DNA from: an uncultured Candidatus Saccharibacteria bacterium
Lineage (GTDB): Bacteria; Patescibacteriota; Minisyncoccia; UBA6257; 2-01-FULL-56-20
Reading direction: 5' to 3'
Length of the DNA: 55,971 bases
Assembly: GCA_964456235.1 (NCBI GenBank)
Contig: CAYWDX010000001.1
Location: 267,210-323,180, forward strand
Below, in pieces: positions 1 to 7,899 of this stretch (positions within the stretch are counted from its first letter, which is position 1; each line of letters begins with the position of its first letter). The notes beneath the pieces were generated by a model, which saw only the letters and a list, made by a program, of their open reading frames with translations, searched no databases and had not been told where the DNA came from. Made by a program: the position numbers and the translations under genes.

Positions 1-1
1 A

Positions 2-1213
2 CCATTTCCCTACAGCGCGAAGGAGATCGCTGCGGTCTTTGTGACCCACTCGCACCTGGACCACATTGGCCGCATCCCGCCGCTCGTGCGCGCGGGCTTT
101 GATGGGAAAATTTATTCTACCGCCGCGACGAAAGATTGCGCCGAGTTGATGCTGCTCGATTCCGAGCACATCCTTCAGAAAGAAGCGGAACACGAAAACC
201 AGCCGCCGCTTTACACGACGGACGACATCATGGCCGCGCGGACGCTCTGGCATGCGGTGCGTTATCACGAACCGATGGTGGTAGGCCCGTTCAAGGCAAC
301 CTTTTATGATGCGGGCCACATCCTCGGTTCTGCGATCGTGAAAATTGAGGCGGAGGGCAAAACGATAGTGTTTTCGGGGGATTTGGGGAATACGCCGGCG
401 CCGATCATCCGTCCAACCGAGCGCATCGACCGCGCCGATTATTGCGTGATGGAATCGACCTACGGCAACCGCGTGCATGAAGACGTGGACAAGCGCCGCG
501 AGCAGCTGGAAGATATCGTGCAGGAGACGGCCAAGCACGGCGGCACGCTCATGATCCCGGCGTTCGCGATGGAGCGCACGCAGGAATTGCTCTATCATCT
601 CCACCAGCTTTTTAAAGAGGGGCGGATCCCGCCGATGCCGGTTTTTATCGACAGCCCGCTCGCGATCAAACTCACCGCGATCTACAAAAAATATGAGAGC
701 GAGTTTAATCCGGAGACGCGGCAGATCGCGAAATCCGGCGACGACATTTTGAATTTTCCCGGGTTGCGATTGACGCTCACGACGGAACAGTCAAAAGAAA
801 TAAACGGCGTGCCGCCGCCGAAAATTGTGGTCGCGGGTTCCGGCATGTCGAATGGCGGCCGCATTTTGCACCATGAAATCCGCTACCTTCCCGATCCGAA
901 GAGCACGATTTTGTTTATCGGCTATCAGGCGCAGGGAACGCTCGGGCGCCAAATTTTGGATGGCGCAACGGAGGTGCATATTTCCGGCACGACGGTTCCG
1001 GTCCGCTGCCGCCGCATCAACATTCCTGGATATTCCGCGCACGCCGACCAGCCGCGCCTCCTGTGGTGGGTTGATTCCATGCGCCGATCATTGAAGCGCA
1101 TCTTCATCGTCCAGGGCGAAACTGATTCGAGCGAAGCGCTCGCGCAAAAAATTATTGATGATCTTGCGATCCAGGCGATCGTTCCCGCGCTGCACGAAAC
1201 GGTGGAGCTTTGA
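2..1213 (+). CDS. beta-CASP metallo-beta-lactamase-fold RNA-processing nuclease (RNase J / CPSF-like), 5' end cut by window edge
   Basis: The frame stays open back to nt 2 (PFPYSAKEIAAVFVTHSHLDHIG, the HxHxDH metal motif). Later DAGHILGS, MESTYG and GYSAHAD motifs are typical of beta-CASP nucleases. Stop at 1211-1213. Confidence 0.8.
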   Translation, partial: PFPYSAKEIAAVFVTHSHLDHIGRIPPLVRAGFDGKIYSTAATKDCAELMLLDSEHILQKEAEHENQPPLYTTDDIMAARTLWHAVRYHEPMVVGPFKATFYDAGHILGSAIVKIEAEGKTIVFSGDLGNTPAPIIRPTERIDRADYCVMESTYGNRVHEDVDKRREQLEDIVQETAKHGGTLMIPAFAMERTQELLYHLHQLFKEGRIPPMPVFIDSPLAIKLTAIYKKYESEFNPETRQIAKSGDDILNFPGLRLTLTTEQSKEINGVPPPKIVVAGSGMSNGGRILHHEIRYLPDPKSTILFIGYQAQGTLGRQILDGATEVHISGTTVPVRCRRINIPGYSAHADQPRLLWWVDSMRRSLKRIFIVQGETDSSEALAQKIIDDLAIQAIVPALHETVEL

Positions 1214-1275
1214 GCGATTCTTTTTTGTGGGCGCCCGCGCCGGCAGCCCGGCGCACGCCGTGGTATCATACTCGT

Positions 1276-1908
1276 ATGACGAACGGACAATCCGAAAATT
1301 ACCATCTGAAATATAAAATTTGCATCTCGGGTTCGGCGGTGAGCGATAGTGCATCGCGGGGCGCTGTTGAAAAGGCAGAAATGATGGGTCGCCTGATCGC
1401 CGAACGGGGCATGATCCTGGTGACCGGCGCCACGACGGGCATCCCGTACTGGGCCGCGAAAGGTGCGAAGGAGGCCGGCGGCATCGTTATCGGCCTTTCG
1501 CCGGCCGCCTCGAAAGCGGCGCACGTGAAATCTTACCGCCTCCCCATCGATTACCACGACATTATTGTGTACACCGGTTTTGAATATTCCGGCCGCAACT
1601 TGCTTTTGACCCGCGCGGCCGATGCCGTGATCACGATTTCGGGCCGCATCGGCACCTTGAATGAATTTACGATCGCATTCGAAGACCAAAAACCGCAGGG
1701 CGTCCTCACAAAAACCGGTGGCACGAGCGACATGCTCCAAGATATTTTGAAGAAAGCAAAGCGCGGGAGCGGGAAAGTCGTTTTTGATTCAGATCCGGCT
1801 CGCCTCCTCGACAAAGTGGTCCAGATGGTGAAAGAAGCTGATGGCGACTTGGCGGGAGGCGATCTCTATAAACCCGCGCCAGCAAGTTCACGTCGCGCCC
1901 GCGGCTAG
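1276..1908 (+). CDS. TIGR00725 / LOG-like (SLOG Rossmann) family protein
   Basis: ATG at 1276. KICISGSA...ILVTGATTGIPYWAAKGAKEAGG..IGL...AADAVITISGRIGTLNEF matches the TIGR00725/LOG-like pattern. The upstream part of the listed ORF overlaps the previous gene and looks non-coding. Confidence 0.6.
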   Translation: MTNGQSENYHLKYKICISGSAVSDSASRGAVEKAEMMGRLIAERGMILVTGATTGIPYWAAKGAKEAGGIVIGLSPAASKAAHVKSYRLPIDYHDIIVYTGFEYSGRNLLLTRAADAVITISGRIGTLNEFTIAFEDQKPQGVLTKTGGTSDMLQDILKKAKRGSGKVVFDSDPARLLDKVVQMVKEADGDLAGGDLYKPAPASSRRARG

Positions 1909-1934
1909 TCTCTGCGGGTTTTAATAAAACTTTA

Positions 1935-2264
1935 ATGAAAAAGAAATTAAAAAAGAGAACGCCGGCGAGGAAGCGCGCAGTAAAAAAACCGATGGCGAAG
2001 GCGAAAAAAATGAACGCGGCAAAACCGATCGGCAAGGTGGTGCATTTTTATAACCAGATCAGCGTCGCGATCGTGAAGTTCAATAAAAAAGTTTCTGCCG
2101 GGACGCGCCTCGCGTTCCGCGGCGGCGAAACTGATTTTGAGCAGGAGGCGAAATCCATGCAGTATGAGCATCAGCCGATCGCGTCCGCGCCGAAAGGGAA
2201 ACAGATTGGCATCAAGGTGAAAAAGCGGGTGCACGAAGGCGTGCTCGTCTATTTGGCTGAATGA
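1935..2264 (+). CDS. small conserved hypothetical protein: Lys-rich N-terminal tail plus beta-barrel resembling EF-Tu domain 2
   Basis: 109-aa ORF with a KKKLKKRTPARKRAVKK tail followed by GKVVHFYNQISVAIVKFNKKVSAGTRLAFRG. Its stop overlaps the next start (ATGA at 2261). Confidence 0.5.
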   Translation: MKKKLKKRTPARKRAVKKPMAKAKKMNAAKPIGKVVHFYNQISVAIVKFNKKVSAGTRLAFRGGETDFEQEAKSMQYEHQPIASAPKGKQIGIKVKKRVHEGVLVYLAE

Positions 2265-3427
2265 AATGTGTTGGCGTAGCAGCGATCATCGCGGCCGCCA
2301 CGATCGGGGATGGCATCTTCGCGCTCCCTTTTGTGTTCGCCGCAGCCGGCTGGGCGGTCGGACTTTTTTATTTGGTGACGTTCGCGATTCTCGTGGGGAT
2401 CGCGCACGTGATCTATCTAAAAACGCTTGAAAAACGGGGCGAAAAGGAGCGCTTGCTTGAGCTTGCCCGGATCTATTTTGGTCCCGTCGGGTTCTGGACG
2501 GCGTTTATCGCGATCGTCCTCGGCCTTCTTTTTGCACTCGTCGCGTGCCTCCTGCTCGGCGCGCGCTTCATCGGACTCGTTCTGCCGTCGCTTGCGGGCG
2601 CGCCTACCCTCTTCATTTTTTGGGCGCTCATCTCGCTGCCGATTTTATTGAGCGATCGGCGCGTTGCCGTGCTGGAATTTTTGGGGATCGCGTGCACGAC
2701 CGCGATCATTATTTTTATTTTTACGAATGCATGGCCGAACGCGAGCTTCGCCCGCATCCCCGCCGTGGATGTTTCAAATATTTTTCTCCCGTTCGGCGCC
2801 ATACTGTTATCGCTCGCCGGGTGGACCGGCGTTGAGCCCGCCTACGAGCTGCGAAAAACATTTGGCGACCGGGGCGATCAGGCGATCGATCGAGGCGGGC
2901 AGGTCGGTGATCCGGGCGGGCAGGGACAGGGGCGGCGGCGCGGGATTTGGAAAGCGGTCATAAGCGGCACGCTCTTCGCCGCTTTCCTCTATGTATTGTT
3001 TGTCGCTGGGATTTTGGGATCGGCAACTCAAATCGCGTCCGACACTATTTCCGGCTTGGCCGATTGGCCGCTCTGGAAGCGCGAGTTGGTAGCGCTCTTT
3101 GGCCTGGTCGCCGTCGGGACGGTTTGCCTCCCCATTTCGCGCGAATTGAAAAACGCATTTGAAAAAGATCTGCGTTGGCCTCGTGCGAGTTCGCGCGCGC
3201 TCATCGTATTCGCGCCGATCGCACTCGTCCTCGCCGGATTCAAAAATTTTTTGTTCGTCGTCGGATTCACGGGCGGCGTTTTTATCAGCATCCAATATCT
3301 CCTCATCGTAATGATCGGCGGGCGAGCACTCGCGCCGCGCGGCGCCAAGCGCTTACTTTTTAATCTCATGGCGGCCGTCTTCGCGCTCGCCGCCGTTTAC
3401 GAAGTCGCGATTTTCGTAGTACACTAG
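2261..3427 (+). CDS. amino-acid permease-like polytopic membrane protein (Trp/Tyr-permease-like)
   Basis: About 11 hydrophobic segments. N-terminal GDGIFALPFVFAAAGW is typical of the aromatic/hydroxy amino-acid permease family. Contains a Gly/Arg/Gln-rich loop insert. Confidence 0.55.
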   Translation: MKCVGVAAIIAAATIGDGIFALPFVFAAAGWAVGLFYLVTFAILVGIAHVIYLKTLEKRGEKERLLELARIYFGPVGFWTAFIAIVLGLLFALVACLLLGARFIGLVLPSLAGAPTLFIFWALISLPILLSDRRVAVLEFLGIACTTAIIIFIFTNAWPNASFARIPAVDVSNIFLPFGAILLSLAGWTGVEPAYELRKTFGDRGDQAIDRGGQVGDPGGQGQGRRRGIWKAVISGTLFAAFLYVLFVAGILGSATQIASDTISGLADWPLWKRELVALFGLVAVGTVCLPISRELKNAFEKDLRWPRASSRALIVFAPIALVLAGFKNFLFVVGFTGGVFISIQYLLIVMIGGRALAPRGAKRLLFNLMAAVFALAAVYEVAIFVVH

Positions 3428-3487
3428 CGGCATCGCGGCGCTCCAAGATTGCTCGCACGAAGACGTGCGAGCCCGCGTAATATCGAG

Positions 3488-3559
3488 GCCCTCGTAGTTC
3501 AACGGATAGGACGTCTCCCTCCGAAGGAGAAGATTGAGGTTCAATTCCTCACGAGGGCA
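3488..3559 (+). tRNA. tRNA-Arg (anticodon CCG)
   Basis: Hand-folded cloverleaf. Acceptor GCCCTCG/CGAGGGC, D stem GTTC/GGAC, anticodon stem TCTCC/GGAGA with loop CTCCGAA, T arm TGAGG-TTCAATT-CCTCA, discriminator A. CCA is not encoded. Confidence 0.85.
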
Positions 3560-3562
3560 CAC

Positions 3563-3634
3563 CCCCAAGAAAAGCAGGCGCTTTGCAGCCATGGGCTCCC
3601 TTTAATGTCTGCAAAGCGCCTGCTTTTCTTGGGG
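3563..3634. repeat. perfect 26-bp inverted repeat (hairpin) with 20-nt loop immediately 3' of tRNA-Arg; probable terminator/processing structure
   Basis: ccccaagaaaagcaggcgctttgcag (3563-3588) is the exact reverse complement of 3609-3634. The loop contains CATGGGCTCCCTTTAATG, which recurs at 26657-26674. A T-rich tract follows. Confidence 0.8.
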
Positions 3635-3675
3635 TGTGTTTCTTTTATGAGGGCAGCAGCAGGTATACTAGATTT

Positions 3676-4332
3676 ATGGACAAACACGCGGAACTCCAAA
3701 AACTCGAAGCTGAAATAGCGGCAGCGAAGCTGCCGCTCAAAGAGGCAAGCCTGGTCTTTGGGGAAGGCGACGTCGACTGCCAAGTCATGTTCGTAGGGGA
3801 GGCGCCGGGGTTTTATGAAGACCGCGAGCGGCGACCGTTTGTTGGGCGCGCGGGGAAATTGCTCGACCGGCTGATCGGCGAAATAAAATGGAAGCGCGAA
3901 CAGGTTTACATCACGAATATTGTGAAGCGCCGCCCGCCAGAAAACCGCGACCCGCTTCCTGACGAGATCGAATCCTACAAGCCATACCTCACGCGCCAAA
4001 TCGAAATCATCAATCCGAAAGTGATCGTAACGCTCGGCCGTTTTTCAATGAATTATTTTTTACCGGACGCGAAGATCACGCGCGACCATGGGCGCGCTCT
4101 TCAAATTAACGGACGAATTATTTTTCCGGTGTACCACCCGGCAGCGGCGTTGCGTTCCACGGAAATGCTGAAAACATTGCGCGGCGACTTTATGAAAATC
4201 CCCGCCGTCGTTGCCGGGAAGATTACCGTAGAAATTCCGAACGCGCTTCTCGAGGGTCATGTTGCCGCACTGAACGCCATTCCCGCACGCAAGCCAAAAG
4301 CCGAAAAACCCAAGCAAACCGGCCTGTTTTAG
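3676..4332 (+). CDS. uracil-DNA glycosylase, family 4
   Basis: GEGDVDCQVMFVGEAPGFYEDRERRPFVGRAGKLLD and ITNIVKRRPPENRDP...HPAAALR are family-4 UDG motifs. ATG at 3676 was chosen because the upstream part of the ORF runs through the hairpin. Confidence 0.85.
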   Translation: MDKHAELQKLEAEIAAAKLPLKEASLVFGEGDVDCQVMFVGEAPGFYEDRERRPFVGRAGKLLDRLIGEIKWKREQVYITNIVKRRPPENRDPLPDEIESYKPYLTRQIEIINPKVIVTLGRFSMNYFLPDAKITRDHGRALQINGRIIFPVYHPAAALRSTEMLKTLRGDFMKIPAVVAGKITVEIPNALLEGHVAALNAIPARKPKAEKPKQTGLF

Positions 4333-4367
4333 CTGCCGCGGCTCAAAAATTAAGGTATTATTAAGGG

Positions 4368-4727
4368 ATGGATTTCGCGCTCGGCTATCTCGTGCAGCGG
4401 TTTTTCTACCGCTTTCTTGATTTTTTCCATCACTGGTATGTTGACGGGTCGCGCGCAATCGGACACCGCTTCATCGGGACGCTCGAGTCCCTCGATCGCA
4501 CGATTGCGCTCCGGGTCACCGTTCGCTATCTTTTTCAACCGCTTTACCGCGACTACACGGTCATCGGTCGCATTCTCGGATTTATTTTCCGCGTCCTTCG
4601 CATCCTGATCGGCCTCGTTCTCTACTGCGTGGTCGCGGCGGTGTACGCAGCGTTTTATGTTGGCTGGCTCGTGCTGCCCGCCCTCGCAATTTTTTATACC
4701 ATCGCCCATGCCGCCCATCGCCCCTAA
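4368..4727 (+). CDS. hypothetical small membrane protein
   Basis: 119-aa ORF with two C-terminal hydrophobic helices. Its 3' end overlaps the start of the next gene by 20 nt. Confidence 0.4.
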   Translation: MDFALGYLVQRFFYRFLDFFHHWYVDGSRAIGHRFIGTLESLDRTIALRVTVRYLFQPLYRDYTVIGRILGFIFRVLRILIGLVLYCVVAAVYAAFYVGWLVLPALAIFYTIAHAAHRP

Positions 4728-7236
4728 TTACGAATTGTATTTTGATGACCCGCGCCTGCGCATGTCGCTCGGCGGCCGGTTCCTGGTCCGCGCGCTCACC
4801 TGGATTGCTTACCTCATTATGTTGGCCGCAACGTGCACCGCGCTTATTTCAGAAATTCCCGCGCTCCGCGACTTGGGAATTTTTCTCGCGCTCGTTTTGA
4901 TTGACCGGATCGTGCACGTGCGCGAAGCCGATCTCCCCGTTTCCGAATTACCGCCGTCGGGCAAAATAAATGTGGCGAGGTTGATGCGCCCGGCGTCGCT
5001 CGCGGTGCTCGGCCGCGTATTTGATCGCGGCATGATCGCGAAGCGCGATTTCTTCCTCGTCACGGCCGGCCGCCTCCTTGATCTCGACCATATTGAAGAA
5101 GGATTGCGGCGCCTCGACGTCGAACCAAAAGAATTCAAAACCAAACTTAAGGAATTTTTAATGGGAGTTTCGGGAGATGCGGCTGCGGAGGGGGGATCGG
5201 TTCGCGATGTCTATTTGAAAAACGCAGAAGAGCTTGCGGTCGCAGCGTTTCGCATCGCGATTGGGGCCGGGCACAATTTTATTGAACTCTCCGATCTCTT
5301 TTCTGCGCTGCCCGTCGCGGGTTCGGAGCAGGTCCAGCGACTTTTCGGCATGTTCGCGATCGAGGCGGGCGACTTGAACCGCGCCCTGATTTTTTCTTCA
5401 GAGCGGCATCTCATGCATCGCTTGCCGGGCTATCTCGGCGGGTTCATTTTTGAAAGGAACCGCGGGCGGCGGCATCGGATCATGAACCGAGCGTGGACCG
5501 CGCGGCCGACCCCGATGCTCGATGCCTACGGCACCGATTACACCGACCTCGCGCGCGAGGGAAGTTCGGGATTTTTGGTCGGGCACGCAGCGGAATATAA
5601 TCGGCTGGTTGAAATCCTTAGTCGGTCGCTGAATCCAAACGCGATTTTAGTGGGCGATCCGGGCATCGGAAAAGAGGCGATCGTCCGCCATCTCGCCCGC
5701 TCGTTTGCGAAAGATCAAGTTCCGGAGGCGCTTTTCGATAAGCGGCTCGTCAGTCTTGAAATCCAAAAACTGGTCGCCGGTGCGGCGCCCGAAGAGCTCG
5801 CCGCGCGGATCAAAAAAATCGTGGACGAAATTTATATGGCGGGGAATGTCGTGCTCTACATCCCCGACATTCACAACCTCGTGCGCACTTCGGGCCCATA
5901 TCTTTCCGCGGCCGACATCTTGATGCCCGTCATCATGAGCAATGAATTCCCGATCATCGGCGGCACGTTCCCGAAAGAGTATAAATCGTTGCTTGAGCCG
6001 CGGAGTGATTTCGTCAACGTTTTTGAAATCATTACGGTAAACGAAATTTCTCCAGAAGAAGCGGAGACCATCCTTTCCTATGAAGGTTTGATTTTGGAGC
6101 ATGAGCATCGCGTGATGATTTGCTTCAGCGCCGTGAAGCGCGCGGTCGCTCTCGCGAAAAAATATTTCCATGAGCAATATTTGCCGGCGAGCGCCGAAGC
6201 GCTATTACGGAGCGCGCTCGTCGCCGCCGAAAAGCGGGGTGAGAAGCGGTTAACGGCGGATCGGGTGACGGCGGTTGCGGAGACGAAAACCAACGTGCCG
6301 ATCGCGGAAGCGGGCAAGGATGAATCGCAAAAATTATTGCATCTTGAGGAAATTATTCACGAGCGCGTGATTGGCCAGGACGAAGCGGTCGCCGCGGTCG
6401 CTGTCGCGCTCCGCGAATACCGGAGCGGCCTCGCGCGCAAAGGGGGCCCGATCGCGAGTTTCCTGTTTGTGGGCCCAACCGGCGTCGGCAAAACCGAACT
6501 CGCAAAAGTTTTGGCACGCGCGCAGTTCGGTTCCGAAAAAATGATGTCGCGTTTCGACATGACGGAGTACCAAAGCAAGGAAAGTTTCACCCGCTTCATT
6601 GGCTCGCCGGACGGGGAACGGCGGGGGGCGCTCACCGAGGCGATCCGCGAAAAGCCTTACGGAATCGTCCTTCTGGATGAATTCGAGAAGGCCCACCCCG
6701 ACATTTTAAACCTGTTTTTACAGGTGCTGGACGACGGCCGCCTTACCGACAGCATGAACCGCACCGTGGATTTCACGAATACTATTATTATCGCAACGTC
6801 GAACGCGCATTCTGACCTCGTGAATGAGTCGCTTGCGAAAGGCGAGTCTATGGATGCCATCGCCGAATATCTTAAGAAAAAATTAACCGATGTTTTTAGG
6901 CCGGAACTCGTCAACCGCTTTTCGCGGATCATCGTTTTCCATGAGTTGCGGCCCGAGGACCTTCCAAAAATTGTGATGCTAAACTTAGAGGAGCTTGCAG
7001 CGTCAGCGAAGGAGAAAGGAATTACGGTGAGCTTTGACCCCGCTGCGGTGAGAGCGCTTGCGAAGCTCGGCTACGAACCCGCGTTCGGCGCGCGACCGCT
7101 CCGGCGCGTGATCGAAGAAAAAGTGCGCGCGGTCCTCGCGCAGGCAATTCTTGAGCGGAAATTCGCGAAGGGGAGTAAATTGAAATTGGTCGTTTCGGGC
7201 GATAACGCATTCAGCTTCGAGGCATATGAGAATTAA
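4708..7236 (+). CDS. membrane-anchored ClpA/ClpB/ClpC-like double AAA+ ATPase with degenerate first nucleotide-binding domain
   Basis: N-terminal TM helices (WIAYLIMLAATCTALISEIPAL..). NBD1 Walker A is GDPGIGKE (not GKT) and Walker B is LYIPDIHN (no DE). NBD2 is canonical ([32 protein letters not shown]). ATG 4708 is preferred over 4657. Confidence 0.75.
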   Translation: MPPIAPNYELYFDDPRLRMSLGGRFLVRALTWIAYLIMLAATCTALISEIPALRDLGIFLALVLIDRIVHVREADLPVSELPPSGKINVARLMRPASLAVLGRVFDRGMIAKRDFFLVTAGRLLDLDHIEEGLRRLDVEPKEFKTKLKEFLMGVSGDAAAEGGSVRDVYLKNAEELAVAAFRIAIGAGHNFIELSDLFSALPVAGSEQVQRLFGMFAIEAGDLNRALIFSSERHLMHRLPGYLGGFIFERNRGRRHRIMNRAWTARPTPMLDAYGTDYTDLAREGSSGFLVGHAAEYNRLVEILSRSLNPNAILVGDPGIGKEAIVRHLARSFAKDQVPEALFDKRLVSLEIQKLVAGAAPEELAARIKKIVDEIYMAGNVVLYIPDIHNLVRTSGPYLSAADILMPVIMSNEFPIIGGTFPKEYKSLLEPRSDFVNVFEIITVNEISPEEAETILSYEGLILEHEHRVMICFSAVKRAVALAKKYFHEQYLPASAEALLRSALVAAEKRGEKRLTADRVTAVAETKTNVPIAEAGKDESQKLLHLEEIIHERVIGQDEAVAAVAVALREYRSGLARKGGPIASFLFVGPTGVGKTELAKVLARAQFGSEKMMSRFDMTEYQSKESFTRFIGSPDGERRGALTEAIREKPYGIVLLDEFEKAHPDILNLFLQVLDDGRLTDSMNRTVDFTNTIIIATSNAHSDLVNESLAKGESMDAIAEYLKKKLTDVFRPELVNRFSRIIVFHELRPEDLPKIVMLNLEELAASAKEKGITVSFDPAAVRALAKLGYEPAFGARPLRRVIEEKVRAVLAQAILERKFAKGSKLKLVVSGDNAFSFEAYEN

Positions 7237-7897
7237 AATCAACATCAACGTGCATGTGGGACGGATCGTCAAATATCTGATCCTTTCAGATCTTTTTTTG
7301 CTCCTGGGGTGGGGTTTCATTGAGCCGGTTCTTTCCATTTTTATCATCGAAAGGATCGTGGGCGCGACGTTGATCACGGTTGGCATTGCAACCGCAGTTT
7401 ACTGGCTTTTGAAATCGGTGCTCGAGTTGCCGATCGCAAACTTCCTCGATCGTGATCGCGACCGGGCGCACGGCAATGAGCGAGTTGATTTCGCGGCTCT
7501 TGTCGGCGGTTTGATCCTCGCCGGCTTTTCGTCGTTCGCATTTTCTTTTGTCAGTCGAATTTGGGAATTGTATGCGGTGCAGGCACTGCACGCGATTGCG
7601 TTCGCTCTTTATATTCCTTCGTGGTCCAGTATTTTTTCGCGGCACCTCGATCACGATCGCGTGTCGTTTGACTGGTCACTCGATAGCACGGTGGCCGGGA
7701 TTGCGGCCGGGATCAGCGGCCTTTCGGCAGGTGCCGTCGCCGCGGAATGGGGCTTTAATGCGGTATTTATTGCGGGCGGCGTCTTCTCGCTCGTCGCCGC
7801 GTTCGTCGTCATGGCGGCGCCCGAAATCGTCATGCCGAAGCCGAGCGAGACCGGGGTTCAGATGAAAGATAAAACTCCGACGTCGGCCGGATTATAA
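7226..7897 (+). CDS. six-TM membrane protein resembling half of an MFS transporter
   Basis: Six hydrophobic segments with an FLDRDRDRAHGNERV loop after TM2, resembling the MFS D-R-x-G-R-R loop. The start overlaps the previous gene by 11 nt. Confidence 0.45.
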   Translation: MRIKININVHVGRIVKYLILSDLFLLLGWGFIEPVLSIFIIERIVGATLITVGIATAVYWLLKSVLELPIANFLDRDRDRAHGNERVDFAALVGGLILAGFSSFAFSFVSRIWELYAVQALHAIAFALYIPSWSSIFSRHLDHDRVSFDWSLDSTVAGIAAGISGLSAGAVAAEWGFNAVFIAGGVFSLVAAFVVMAAPEIVMPKPSETGVQMKDKTPTSAGL

Positions 7898-7899
7898 CC

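Noticed and set aside
925-1740. 271-aa minus-strand ORF spanning the beta-CASP and TIGR00725 genes
   Set aside because: It is antisense to two genes with clear family motifs and has an Arg-rich, low-complexity translation.
3591-3605. Mini-ORF ATG GGC TCC CTT TAA (MGSL) in the conserved hairpin loop, also present at 26658-26672
   Set aside because: A four-codon frame with no ribosome-binding site is more simply explained as part of a conserved RNA/DNA motif. It is kept only as a remark in the findings.
3583-3675. Upstream extension of the UDG ORF, and ORF 3449-3718
   Set aside because: These frames read through the tRNA and the 26-bp hairpin. UDG homology starts after ATG 3676.
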